Shown here: in pieces, positions 19,013-29,077 of the stretch
Layout: every line of letters begins with the position of its first letter
Numbering within the stretch: the first letter of the stretch is position 1
Source: Nitrosopumilus sp.
Lineage (GTDB): Archaea; Thermoproteota; Nitrososphaeria; Nitrososphaerales; Nitrosopumilaceae
Assembly: GCA_046754445.1 (NCBI GenBank)
Contig: JBHHVV010000001.1
Location: 1 to 54,022 of the forward strand
Direction: 5' to 3'
Length of the DNA: 54,022 nucleotides
Made by a program: the position numbers and the translations under genes
Notes under the pieces: generated by a model
Database searches by the model: none
What the model saw: the letters and a program-made list of their open reading frames with translations, nothing else
What the model was told of the DNA's origin: nothing

Positions 19013-19843
19013 CTAAACAAATTTTATCGCACCATATCCCACAACTGAATATATATCTCCAGATACATCTCCGCTTGTAGCATAACTAAGTAATACCCCT
19101 CTTGTTGCCCCTAGATTTTTACACGCAATCATTGTAGATGCAATTGCTCCATAACCGCATGCAGTAACTCTCTTTTCTATTAGAACTTGATAAAACCTTT
19201 CAACATCCATCTCTAAAATTGGTTCAATCAATGCTTTGTCTTGTAGATGGGCAAAAGAATTTTCTTCATAATGTGTAAAATCTGATGATGCCACAATTAT
19301 CGAATTTTTCTTTTTTGCAATTTCAGCAACTGCATTTCCTATATCTCTTGCAGTCTCTATATCCTGTGCAAGTAAAATAATTGGAAGAACTTGAAACTCA
19401 TTAGAAAACACAGATTGAAGCATTGGAACCTGAACTTCTAAACTGTGATCTTGAGAATGAGAATAGTTGTCAATTTCAATGATATTTGATATTTTAGTTA
19501 TATCTCTTGCAGCATCTGAATCTATTTTAACTAATCCTAACGGTGTTTGCCATTTTGCATCTATGGCAGCAGCAGCATTTTCTCCTACTCCAAAATGATT
19601 TGGTCCAATAATTATTACAAGTTCAGGATTCAGAGATGAGATTGATTTGTAAGAATGACATGCTGTAGGGCCAGAGTATACGTATCCAGCATGAGGGCAA
19701 ACAATTCCAAATATTTTCTCTTCTGGTTCTATTTCTTGAGAACCTGGTCCATACTTGTGTTCAAAACAAGATTTAATCATATTCTCCAAGTCTTTTTTAT
19801 TATCTGGATAAAACTGTCCTGCAACAACAGGTTCTCTTATCAT
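19013..19843 (-). CDS. amrB: AmmeMemoRadiSam system protein B (MEMO1 family)
   Basis: REPVVAGQFYP, PHAGYVYSG, GPNH, HSLEVQ, SSDFTHY, VVGY. Confidence 0.93.
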   Translation of the reverse strand: MIREPVVAGQFYPDNKKDLENMIKSCFEHKYGPGSQEIEPEEKIFGIVCPHAGYVYSGPTACHSYKSISSLNPELVIIIGPNHFGVGENAAAAIDAKWQTPLGLVKIDSDAARDITKISNIIEIDNYSHSQDHSLEVQVPMLQSVFSNEFQVLPIILLAQDIETARDIGNAVAEIAKKKNSIIVASSDFTHYEENSFAHLQDKALIEPILEMDVERFYQVLIEKRVTACGYGAIASTMIACKNLGATRGVLLSYATSGDVSGDIYSVVGYGAIKFV

Positions 19844-19863
19844 GATTGCACTGATGCATTATT

Positions 19864-20484
19864 TTATAAAAAATCAGTAGATGATTCCCACACTATTTTT
19901 CCATTGGGTGATTCTTCTTTGAAAATGACTCCTTCAAATCTTGAAATTTTTGTTGTCATATCTTTCCATGCATCTTTTTCAAGTCCTGCCTTCTCACATG
20001 TATATTCTAGAAATTCTTTAACATTCCAACCGTATTCTGTGGGAACTTGTGGCAAAAGCAATCCTGATGAAAATCCATTTTCTACAATTAATCCATCTCT
20101 GCCAATTTTGATTATTGATAAGTATTCATTTGGATCATTGACATTGATTTCTATTGGTGGAGTAAGAATTGTTACCTCAAAGACAATTTGATCTAATTCA
20201 TCAATAGTTACTGGAGTGAATCGTGGATCTTCAGTTGCTGCTGCAATTGCAGCATCAATTAATCCATTAGATAATTTTTTTACTGGGATTGGATATCCTA
20301 TACACCCTCTCAAGGAATTTTGTTTACTGATTGTTACAAAAACCCCTGAATCAAAATCAAATTTAGAATTAAATTCATGATCATCAATCTTTGAATTATT
20401 TTTTAAAAATTCAGTTACCGCTTTTCTTGCCATTTTTACTAATTCATTTCCTTCAATTTTTGAAATTTGGTTTGATTCTCTCAT
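19864..20484 (-). CDS. amrA: AmmeMemoRadiSam system protein A (AMMECR1 family)
   Basis: GVFVT, LRGCIG, AATEDPRF, GRDGL, GLLLPQVP, CEKAGL; ATG 20484 avoids overlap with amrS. Confidence 0.93.
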   Translation of the reverse strand: MRESNQISKIEGNELVKMARKAVTEFLKNNSKIDDHEFNSKFDFDSGVFVTISKQNSLRGCIGYPIPVKKLSNGLIDAAIAAATEDPRFTPVTIDELDQIVFEVTILTPPIEINVNDPNEYLSIIKIGRDGLIVENGFSSGLLLPQVPTEYGWNVKEFLEYTCEKAGLEKDAWKDMTTKISRFEGVIFKEESPNGKIVWESSTDFL

Positions 20485-20518
20485 ACTTGTTAAATATGTA
20501 AAATAACAATAAAAAACA

Positions 20519-21589
20519 TTGACTCCCTTACTTGGCAAAGAAGCAGAATTATATGAAAAACTTCCAAATGACAAGGTAAAATGTACTGCTTGTGCACGTT
20601 ATTGTGAGATTGGTAAGGAACAAATCGGTTTGTGTGGAATTAGAGGAAATGAAGATGGCAAACTGCAGCTATATGCTTATGGAAAAGTAATTTCAGGCCA
20701 TGTTGATCCTATTGAAAAAAAACCTTTGATACATTATTGGCCAGGAAGTAAAGTCTATTCAATTGCAACAACAGGTTGTAATTGGCTTTGCAGATACTGT
20801 CAGAATTCTGATATCAGTCAAAGACGTACTGTAGAAGGAATTGATATGACACCAGATGAGGTTGTAAATACTGCTGTAAAGTATGGTGCACATGGAATTG
20901 CATATACTTACAATGAACCTTCAATCTTTATTGAATTTGCACGTGATTGTGGAATTGCTGCAAGAAAAAAAGGATTGTTTAATGTATTTGTGTCAAATGG
21001 ATATGATACTCCTGAATCAGTTTCAATGATGAATGAGTTTCTTGATGGAATTACTGTTGATTTTAAAGGAAATGCAGAGAAAGAATTTACCCGAAAATTC
21101 ATTGGAGTACCTGATCCACAACCAATCTTTGATACACTATTAGAAATAAGAGATAAAACAAAAATCCATGTTGAAATCACAGACTTGATTGTACCCAAAG
21201 TAGGCGATGATTTGGAACATGCAAAAAAACTATCAAAATTTGTTTATGATGAATTTGGACCAGAAATGCCAATTCATTTTTTAAGATTTCATCCTGACTA
21301 CAAAATGATGGAATATCCCAGTACTCCTGTTGGAACTTTGGAAAAACATTATCATGTTGCAAAAGATGTGGGATTGAAATACATCTATCTAGGAAATGTA
21401 CCTGGCCACAAGTGGGAGCATACATACTGTTCAGAATGCAATAAAATAGTTGTTAATAGGTACGGATTTAGTATCAGAGAAATGCACCTAGATAAAAACA
21501 ACTGTTGTAATTTTTGTGGAAACAGAATTCCCATAGAGGGAAAATTACAAGAAGGATACAAACAAGACCGATTCCAGTTTGTATCTTAG
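20519..21589 (+). CDS. amrS: AmmeMemoRadiSam system radical SAM enzyme
   Basis: CTACARYC...GLCGIR, DPIEKKPL, GCNWLCRYCQN, YTYNEP, RFHPDY, YLGNV. Confidence 0.94.
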   Translation: MTPLLGKEAELYEKLPNDKVKCTACARYCEIGKEQIGLCGIRGNEDGKLQLYAYGKVISGHVDPIEKKPLIHYWPGSKVYSIATTGCNWLCRYCQNSDISQRRTVEGIDMTPDEVVNTAVKYGAHGIAYTYNEPSIFIEFARDCGIAARKKGLFNVFVSNGYDTPESVSMMNEFLDGITVDFKGNAEKEFTRKFIGVPDPQPIFDTLLEIRDKTKIHVEITDLIVPKVGDDLEHAKKLSKFVYDEFGPEMPIHFLRFHPDYKMMEYPSTPVGTLEKHYHVAKDVGLKYIYLGNVPGHKWEHTYCSECNKIVVNRYGFSIREMHLDKNNCCNFCGNRIPIEGKLQEGYKQDRFQFVS

Positions 21590-21713
21590 ATGATTTTTGA
21601 TGATAATAATTTTTGATAAACAACAATCCTAATTTTTTTATTACAAATTGATATTAATTTTCAATTATGATAATTTGGAATTAGTTTAACTATCTAAATG
21701 AATATATCATATC

Positions 21714-21836
21714 ATGAGGGATGATATATTCTGTCATTGTGGTTCTTGTGGACATGAAAAAACTAATGAATGCTATACAAAACAATGCTCATGTTGTTTA
21801 AGTGATCATCAAGGTGCTTTTGGTAAAAATAAATAA
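21714..21836 (+). CDS. Metallothionein-like Cys/His-rich micro-protein (40 aa)
   Basis: Hand-translated: MRDDIFCHCGSCGHEKTNECYTKQCSCCLSDHQGAFGKNK (7 Cys, 3 His). Confidence 0.6.
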   Translation: MRDDIFCHCGSCGHEKTNECYTKQCSCCLSDHQGAFGKNK

Positions 21837-21948
21837 TTGAACTCCAAATCATTTGATTTAAAATGAACTTAACCTAAGGATAATTTATCGTATTTTAACT
21901 ATTTTTGATCAAACAAAGATTTTTAGTCATAAAGCATTAGGTTAAAGC

Positions 21949-22200
21949 ATGGCTGAATTTTCTTCAGAAGAGAAAACCATCCTAGTTCAATATGGGATAA
22001 AAAAATATGAAAACGAAGAAACTGTAACTGAAAAATTAAAGTCTGTTTTATCCGAAAAAGACATTCAAAGAAATATTGATACTCTTATTGGAACACAACG
22101 AGTAAGAAGAATTGGGCCAGAAATTCTCCAAAACAATGAAAGTCATACTGATCTTCCAGAACTACCAGAAAATCTTAAACCAGTAATTGATAATCTTTAA
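21949..22200 (+). CDS. Hypothetical protein (acidic, possibly wHTH-like)
   Basis: 83-aa ORF with native-looking composition; TTTTTAG promoter-like box upstream. Confidence 0.7.
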   Translation: MAEFSSEEKTILVQYGIKKYENEETVTEKLKSVLSEKDIQRNIDTLIGTQRVRRIGPEILQNNESHTDLPELPENLKPVIDNL

Positions 22201-22240
22201 TTTGACAAATTCTTAAATTACTCATTGATTTAATTTTGTT

Positions 22241-22693
22241 ATGAACAAATTTGTTTTGTTTTCTAGTGTTTTGACTTTGACTATCATGTTATCATTTTCA
22301 GCAAATCCTGCATTTGCTCATCCTCATTCAGGTGAAATTCTAATTAATGATCATTCTCATGAACCACAAACTGAATTAATTCCAATTAATGGAATTATTG
22401 GATTAGAAAAATCAACAATATTTTTCCATACTCCTGAAGAAAATGCTCTACCATGGGGATTTGTTGAGGGAAAAATTGCAAATCATGTTGAAGGTTATCC
22501 AGTAATCATTCAAATTTTCAAAGACAATGATGCAGTTCACTTTGCTCAAACCAGTGTAAATCAAAATGGAGTCTATGAGTATAAGTTCCGAGTATTGAAT
22601 TCTAATGATGGTGAGACAACAAAAATTTTTAATGGTGGTTATTCAGTTAAAATCTTCAAAGTTGTATATCTAAATCAAGGAAATCTAGTTTAA
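22241..22693 (+). CDS. Secreted hypothetical protein with His-rich N-terminus
   Basis: Signal peptide ...PAFA-HPH; DHSH; YPVIIQIFK..HFAQ..GVYEYKFRV. Confidence 0.75.
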   Translation: MNKFVLFSSVLTLTIMLSFSANPAFAHPHSGEILINDHSHEPQTELIPINGIIGLEKSTIFFHTPEENALPWGFVEGKIANHVEGYPVIIQIFKDNDAVHFAQTSVNQNGVYEYKFRVLNSNDGETTKIFNGGYSVKIFKVVYLNQGNLV

Positions 22694-23571
22694 AACCCAC
22701 GTAATCCCTGAGGACGTACAATTTCTGGATGTTGTTTCATCCATTCAACCTTCTCCACCATTTCTTGTTTGTCCTGAGGAAATGTACCTTTGATTGTATA
22801 TGCATTAGAACCGTGATTTGCTCTAAAGACAATTTCTTCCTTGGCCTCTATCTGACTTAGCAAATCATGAAGCTCATCTAATGATTCATCATCATTAATT
22901 CTTACAAATTCCCCTTCAAACTTGTCAAGAAATTCTTGTTTTATGCCATTTTCTAAATATAGTGTAAGTGCTCCTACATAATTTGGTGAACATGCACTAA
23001 TTACTTCAGCTGTTCCTTTGATATGTTCTTTAGAATATTTTTTCCCCCCCAAGCCCAATATAACCATACATGACATGATGTATCCTGCTTCTTTTGCTTT
23101 GTTTACAGATTTGATGATTGTTTTTGCAATGGCGCCCTTTGTTACTTTTTTTAGAACAATATCTGAACCACTTTCAATTCCTAAATAGAACATGTCTAAT
23201 CCTGACTCATTCATTTTCTTTAATTCTTTAGATGATTTTTTTAGGATATTCATTGGCATTGCATAACAAGAAATTCTTTCAAGATTTAGGAATTTCTCTT
23301 TTATGTATTTTAGAATTTTTATCATATATTCCGAATCAATGTTTAATGCATCTCCGTCTGCAAGGAAAATTCTTTTAGTATCTGGCAAGTAATTTGCCAT
23401 CATATCAATTTCTGATTTTACTTCGTCCCATGGTCTTTCAGAATATTCTTTTGATCTATACATATCACAAAAAGAACATTCGTTAAAGGAACAACCTAAT
23501 GTAACTTGAAAAATTAATGACCTTGCTTCAGAAGGTGGTCTGTATAACGGTGCATCATAATTTAACATCAT
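22690..23571 (-). CDS. Radical SAM protein of unknown function
   Basis: YRPPSEA..QVTLGCSFNECSFC (CxxxCxxC), FLADGDA, YLGIESG, FRANHGSN. Confidence 0.9.
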   Translation of the reverse strand: MMLNYDAPLYRPPSEARSLIFQVTLGCSFNECSFCDMYRSKEYSERPWDEVKSEIDMMANYLPDTKRIFLADGDALNIDSEYMIKILKYIKEKFLNLERISCYAMPMNILKKSSKELKKMNESGLDMFYLGIESGSDIVLKKVTKGAIAKTIIKSVNKAKEAGYIMSCMVILGLGGKKYSKEHIKGTAEVISACSPNYVGALTLYLENGIKQEFLDKFEGEFVRINDDESLDELHDLLSQIEAKEEIVFRANHGSNAYTIKGTFPQDKQEMVEKVEWMKQHPEIVRPQGLRGF

Positions 23572-23674
23572 TTTCTCTTTCAAAGAAATTTGCTTGATTA
23601 TGTTTTTTATACTTTCTACTTTTATTCAATCCCAAAATACCTTTTAGTAGTTAGCTAGAAGAAATTCATAACTT

Positions 23675-23977
23675 ATGGCAAATGATCCTGATGCAAAAAG
23701 ACTACTTTGGTTTGTATTTGCAGGTTCACGTGGGGGATTAAATCGTCTAAAAATTATTTCAAAATTAAAGAAAAATCCACATAATACAAATCAATTAGCA
23801 AAAGAGATGGGTTTGGATTACAAGGCAATTCAGCATCATATTAGAGTATTAGAAAAAAATAACATGATCACTAAAGTTGGAGAAAAATACGGCGTAGCCT
23901 ATTTCATTTCTAACTTTCTTGAAGTAAATATGGAGACATTTGAAGAAATTGAAGGGAAATTGGATAAAAGTAAATAA
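23675..23977 (+). CDS. ArsR-like winged-helix transcriptional regulator
   Basis: GSRGGLNRLKII...NTNQLAKEMGLDYKAIQHHIRVLEKN...YG. Confidence 0.88.
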   Translation: MANDPDAKRLLWFVFAGSRGGLNRLKIISKLKKNPHNTNQLAKEMGLDYKAIQHHIRVLEKNNMITKVGEKYGVAYFISNFLEVNMETFEEIEGKLDKSK

Positions 23978-24002
23978 AAGCTCAAGAGGTGTTTCACTCT
24001 AA

Positions 24003-24287
24003 ATGGAATCTACTTCCCTAGTCTTATCTATTGTATCAATTGCAAATATGGGAATTCTTGGAATTCTAATTGTGATATTTGGTAAGATGTATGGTAAGAC
24101 ACGAGCACAACTTCCATTAGGAATGATTGTGGTTGCAGGAATGCTTTTTTTACATAATGTAATTGGTGCCTTGGCTTATTTCTCAATGGAACAAATTTTC
24201 TCGCATGAAATTTTTCCATACATGTTAGGTGTAGGTATTGCAGAACTTGCAGGATTAATAATATTCTTAAAAATTACATTGGATTGA
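24003..24287 (+). CDS. Small three-TM membrane protein co-transcribed with the wHTH regulator
   Basis: Three hydrophobic helices; GAGGTG SD-like sequence upstream. Confidence 0.75.
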   Translation: MESTSLVLSIVSIANMGILGILIVIFGKMYGKTRAQLPLGMIVVAGMLFLHNVIGALAYFSMEQIFSHEIFPYMLGVGIAELAGLIIFLKITLD

Positions 24288-24322
24288 TACTAGTTTAATT
24301 GTAACAAACAATTCTCCTAGAT

Positions 24323-24766
24323 GTGTTCCAAGAATATCTAAAGCTTAACAAAAATATTCTAATTGCATTTGCAGCTTCAATAATTATTTCTGCAGTAATC
24401 GCACAAATTTTATCAGATCAGGCTGACATTCTAAACACTACATACACTACAATTACAGATTATGTCATATACTTTTCAGTTTTTAGTGGTTTATTCTATC
24501 TTGATAACAGAAAAAAATATCGATTAAAATCAGGTGGTACAGATACTGTAAAACTAAAACATGATCTTAAAAAACTAGTAGCCTCTTTAGGAATTGCTGA
24601 AATAGTTTATACTGTTGCCAGATGGGCTTTGCAATATTATTTTTTAATTATAAACTATGATCCCTACTTGGCATCAATTATATCACAAGGAATATCTACA
24701 ATCATTTACATGATAGTAGTTAATCTTAGTGTAAAGATAACAAGGTTGTATAAAGATGGGAATTAG
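24323..24766 (+). CDS. Membrane protein, possibly GtrA-like
   Basis: Four hydrophobic helices in a 2+2 arrangement. Confidence 0.6.
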   Translation: MFQEYLKLNKNILIAFAASIIISAVIAQILSDQADILNTTYTTITDYVIYFSVFSGLFYLDNRKKYRLKSGGTDTVKLKHDLKKLVASLGIAEIVYTVARWALQYYFLIINYDPYLASIISQGISTIIYMIVVNLSVKITRLYKDGN

Positions 24767-25112
24767 TGTTTACGTAGACGGTTCTGGTGGTCCTAATGGG
24801 GGATTTGGATATTTTGTTAAAGAATCAGGAGAATCATTTTATGAAAAAAAACCTGAAATTACAAACAATCAGGCTGAATATATGGCAATAATTTCAGCTC
24901 TTAACAAGTTTGTAGGCTTTGATGATGACGTAACAATTTTCAGTGATTCAAAAAATACTGTAAATCAACTAAATCATGAGTTTGCAATTAATAATGAACA
25001 ACTTCGAAATCTTGCTCGGGAAGCTTGGAATGTGATTGGAAAATCTACTAATGTAACAATCAAGTGGATTCCAAGAAAAGAGAATCTAGCAGGAAAGATG
25101 CTGGGAAGCTAG
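24756..25112 (+). CDS. rnhA: Ribonuclease HI family protein
   Basis: YVDGSG, TNNQAEY, SDS, WIPRKENLA. Confidence 0.85.
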   Translation: MGISVYVDGSGGPNGGFGYFVKESGESFYEKKPEITNNQAEYMAIISALNKFVGFDDDVTIFSDSKNTVNQLNHEFAINNEQLRNLAREAWNVIGKSTNVTIKWIPRKENLAGKMLGS

Positions 25113-25176
25113 AAAATAGAGATCAGAAATTTCTATGAATAACTTTATTATACAAAATCCTTAGATCCAATTCATC

Positions 25177-27273
25177 ATGACAGAATCTGTTATTTTATCA
25201 CCAAAATCAATTGCTGTCATAGGGGCATCTGACAAAAGAGGAAGTGTTGGTGCTACAATTACATCAAATATTATGAATGGTTTCAAAGGAGCAGTTTACC
25301 CAATTAGTCCTTCTAGAGATACTGTATTTTACAAGAAAGCATACAAAAGCGTTTTAGATGTTCCAAAATCAATTGACCTTGCAGTTATTGTTATCAAGAA
25401 TACACTTGTTGCACCAGTCTTAGAAGAATGTGGTAAGAAGAAAATCAAAGGAGTGATTATCATTACTGCTGGTTTCAAAGAAGTAGATGAAGAAGGTGCT
25501 AAACGAGAACAACAGCTTAAAGATATTGCTAAAAAATACAAAATCCAAATCATTGGCCCAAACTGTCTTGGCGTGATGAATCTTGATCCTAAAACAATGA
25601 TGAATTCAACTTTTCTTAAAGTTACACCAAAATCTGGAAAAATTGCACTTGTATCACAAAGCGGTGCAATTTGTGCTGCACTAGTTGAAGATGCTAGTGC
25701 TCAAGGAATTGGATTTTCAGCTGTTGTAAGCCTTGGAAACAAAGCTGCAATGAGCGAAGTTGATGTTCTAAAGATTCTTGCAAACCACAAACAAACCAAA
25801 GTAATTGTAATGTATCTTGAAGATATGGGTGATGGTCAGGAATTCCTCAAAGTTTGTAAAAATATTACTAAAAAACTCAAAAAACCAGTTCTAGTTCTCA
25901 AATCAGGTCGTAGTCCAGAGGGTGCAAAGGCTGCAATGTCTCATACTGGTGCTTTGATGGGGTCTGATGAAATTTATGATGCATTACTCAAACAATCAGG
26001 TGCAATCAGAGTTGATACTATGGAGGAACTCTTTGATTATGCAACTGCATTCTCAAAACAACCACTTCCAACAGCAGGCGGTTTAGTCATTGTATCAAAT
26101 GCAGGTGGTCCTGCAATCATATCTACTGATGCTTGCTCTAAAGCAGGAATTAGAATGGCCAAGATTGATAGTATCCGTCCAAAGATTGATGAAGTAATTC
26201 CTCCTTGGGGAAGCTCTAGAAATCCAGTAGACATTGTAGGTGATGCTGATTTTAATAGATTCCACAATGTTTTGGATAGAGTTCTAAAACATCCAAGAGT
26301 TGGTTCCGTCATTTCTATGTGTACTCCTTCTGGAACTCTCAACTATGATAAACTAGCTGAAGTTATTGTTGCCATGTCAAAGAAATACAAAAAAACAATG
26401 CTTGCAAGCTTGATGGGATTGGATGAGGGAATCACCAATAGGGAAATTTTATCCAAAGGAGATGTTCCCTATTACACATATGCTGAAGGTGCAATTAGAA
26501 CTTTAGCTGCAATGATAAAATTTGCAATTTGGGTAAATACCAAAGAAGGAAAAACTACAAAATTCAAAGTAAACAAAGCTAAAGTAAAGAAGATCTTTGA
26601 TAAGGTCAAAAAAGAGAAAAGACCAAATCTTCTGGAAGAAGAAGGACAAGAAGTTCTCAAAGCATATGGCTTGCCACTTCCCCAAAGTGCTCTTGCAAAA
26701 AATGAAGTAGAGGCAATTAAAATTGCAAAGAAGATAGGTTATCCTGTAGTAATGAAAATCGCTTCTCCTCAGATTATTCACAAATCTGATGCTGGCGGTG
26801 TCAAAGTAAATCTAAAGAATGATTCTGAAATTAAAGATGCATTCAAAACTATTGTGAAGAATGCCAAAAAATACGACAAGAAAGCTGAGATAAAAGGTGT
26901 TCTTATTGTTGAGATGGTTAAAGGTGGTAAAGAACTAATTATCGGCTCCAAACTTGAGCCTGGATTTGGTCCAGTCATAATGCTTGGAATGGGTGGAATC
27001 TATGTTGAAGTTCTAAAAGATGTAACTTTCAAACTTGCACCCGTTACTGATAAGGAAGCAGATGATATGATTGCCTCTATTAAAACACAAAAACTCCTAC
27101 AGGGAGTACGTGGTGAAAAACCATCAGATATTACAAAACTTTCTGAATGCATTCAGAGATTATCTCAACTTGTATCTGACTTTAAAGAGATCAAAGAATT
27201 AGACATGAATCCAGTTCTAGTCATGGAAAAAGGTAAAGGTTGTAGAATTCTTGATGTCAGAATAGGTATTTGA
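25177..27273 (+). CDS. ADP-forming acyl-CoA synthetase; by context 4-hydroxybutyrate-CoA ligase of the 3HP/4HB cycle
   Basis: AVIGAS, GPNCLG, SQSGA, SHTGAL, NAGG, NPVD, HKSDAGGV, DMNPV; directly upstream of the 4-hydroxybutyryl-CoA dehydratase. Confidence 0.88.
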   Translation: MTESVILSPKSIAVIGASDKRGSVGATITSNIMNGFKGAVYPISPSRDTVFYKKAYKSVLDVPKSIDLAVIVIKNTLVAPVLEECGKKKIKGVIIITAGFKEVDEEGAKREQQLKDIAKKYKIQIIGPNCLGVMNLDPKTMMNSTFLKVTPKSGKIALVSQSGAICAALVEDASAQGIGFSAVVSLGNKAAMSEVDVLKILANHKQTKVIVMYLEDMGDGQEFLKVCKNITKKLKKPVLVLKSGRSPEGAKAAMSHTGALMGSDEIYDALLKQSGAIRVDTMEELFDYATAFSKQPLPTAGGLVIVSNAGGPAIISTDACSKAGIRMAKIDSIRPKIDEVIPPWGSSRNPVDIVGDADFNRFHNVLDRVLKHPRVGSVISMCTPSGTLNYDKLAEVIVAMSKKYKKTMLASLMGLDEGITNREILSKGDVPYYTYAEGAIRTLAAMIKFAIWVNTKEGKTTKFKVNKAKVKKIFDKVKKEKRPNLLEEEGQEVLKAYGLPLPQSALAKNEVEAIKIAKKIGYPVVMKIASPQIIHKSDAGGVKVNLKNDSEIKDAFKTIVKNAKKYDKKAEIKGVLIVEMVKGGKELIIGSKLEPGFGPVIMLGMGGIYVEVLKDVTFKLAPVTDKEADDMIASIKTQKLLQGVRGEKPSDITKLSECIQRLSQLVSDFKEIKELDMNPVLVMEKGKGCRILDVRIGI

Positions 27274-27346
27274 TCGCAATTCGTTCCTAAAATTTACTTG
27301 ATTTCAATTTATAATATTTATACAACATAGCGATGAATATTGTAAC

Positions 27347-28873
27347 ATGGCTAATGTCTTGAAGACAATTAGAACAGGTGATGATTACATTGAAAGTTTG
27401 AGAGGTCGCGATCTCAAAATTTATCTCTTTGGAGAATTAATTAAAGAACCCGTAGATCATCCAATTATTAGACCGTCCATTAATGCTGTTGCAGAAACTT
27501 ATGATCTTGCAGTACGTGAAGAAGCATTAGCATCTGCTGATTCGTCATTAACTGGATTGAAAGTTAATAGATTTTTACATATTGCTGAAAGTGCTGAAGA
27601 TTTAGTTTTGCAAAATAAAATGCAAAGAAAACTTGGACAAAATACTGGAACATGTTTCCAGAGATGTGTTGGAATGGATGCCATGAATTCTTTACACTCT
27701 ACAACATTTGAAATCGATGAGAAACATGGAACTGACTATCATAAACGATTCTTAGAATTTGTAAAGATGGTTCAAAAGGAAAATCTTGTTATCGGTGGTG
27801 CGATGACTGATCCAAAAGGTGACAGAAGTAAAGGACCTGCAGAACAAGATGATCCGGATTTGTTTACAAGAATTGTTGATTCTGATGAAAAAGGAGTCTA
27901 TGTTTCTGGTGCAAAAGCTCACCAAACAGGATGTATTAACTCACATTGGATACTTTTAATGCCAACCATTAGACTTACAGAAACTGACAAAGATTGGGCA
28001 ATTGTTGGTGCAATTCCAGCCGATGCAAAAGGAGTCACCTACATCTATGGTAGACAGTCTTGTGATACAAGAAGTATGGAAGAAGGTGATATTGATGATG
28101 GTAACGCAAAATTTGGTGGACAAGAAGCCCTCATAATACTAGATAGAGTATTTATTCCATGGGACAAAGTTTTCATGAATGGGGAATACGAATTTGCATC
28201 TATGCTAGTAGAACGTTTTACTTGTTATCATAGACGTAGTTATGTTTGCAAAACAGGATTAGGTGATGTGTTAATTGGAGCAGCAGCAACTATTGCAGAT
28301 TACAATGGAGTTCCTAAAGTTTCTCATATTAAAGATAAAATAATTGAGATGACGCATCTTAATGAAACAATATTTGCTGCAGGAATTGCATCTTCTCATC
28401 AAGGACAGAAAATGAAATCAGGCGTATTTCTCAATGATGATATGTTAGCACAAGTTTGTAAGCACAATGTTACTAGATTTCCATATGAAATAAGTAGATT
28501 AGCACAAGATATTGCTGGCGGATTAGTTGTTACTCTTCCATCTGAAAAAGACTTTAGACATCCAGAAGCAGGACCATTACTTAAAAAATACTTGGCAGGA
28601 CGAAAAGGTGTAGATGTTGAAAATAGAATGAGAATTTTAAGATTAATTGAAAACATGACTCTTGGTAGAAATGCGGTTGGATATCTTACAGAATCGATGC
28701 ATGGTGCAGGTTCTCCACAGGCACAAAGAATACAGATTCAAAGACAAATGCAAGTAGGATACAAAAAGAATCTAGCAAAGAATCTAGCAGGAATTAAAAA
28801 TGATGTTGAAGAGCCTCAAGAACCATCTGAATACTTTAAACGAGTATTCAAAACAAAAGACTCCGTTCTTTAG
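27347..28873 (+). CDS. hcd: 4-hydroxybutyryl-CoA dehydratase
   Basis: CFQRCVGMD, MTDPKGDRS, GAKAHQTG, YHRRSYVCK, ESMHGAGSPQAQ. Confidence 0.95.
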   Translation: MANVLKTIRTGDDYIESLRGRDLKIYLFGELIKEPVDHPIIRPSINAVAETYDLAVREEALASADSSLTGLKVNRFLHIAESAEDLVLQNKMQRKLGQNTGTCFQRCVGMDAMNSLHSTTFEIDEKHGTDYHKRFLEFVKMVQKENLVIGGAMTDPKGDRSKGPAEQDDPDLFTRIVDSDEKGVYVSGAKAHQTGCINSHWILLMPTIRLTETDKDWAIVGAIPADAKGVTYIYGRQSCDTRSMEEGDIDDGNAKFGGQEALIILDRVFIPWDKVFMNGEYEFASMLVERFTCYHRRSYVCKTGLGDVLIGAAATIADYNGVPKVSHIKDKIIEMTHLNETIFAAGIASSHQGQKMKSGVFLNDDMLAQVCKHNVTRFPYEISRLAQDIAGGLVVTLPSEKDFRHPEAGPLLKKYLAGRKGVDVENRMRILRLIENMTLGRNAVGYLTESMHGAGSPQAQRIQIQRQMQVGYKKNLAKNLAGIKNDVEEPQEPSEYFKRVFKTKDSVL

Positions 28874-29077
28874 AATCGTTTACTGAAAATCTAATTTTAA
28901 TTGAATGCTTTTTTTCAAGTATTTTTTTACTAATTGATAAATGATACTACTCTTGAAACTAATGATTTCTTAGGATCCTTTTTTAGGAAAATTGACGAAA
29001 TTATATCACCTAGCAAACAGGACGATCTATTGCATTTGTTTTTGCATAATGTGAACCTGTTTGCCTGAAACTTGAGA

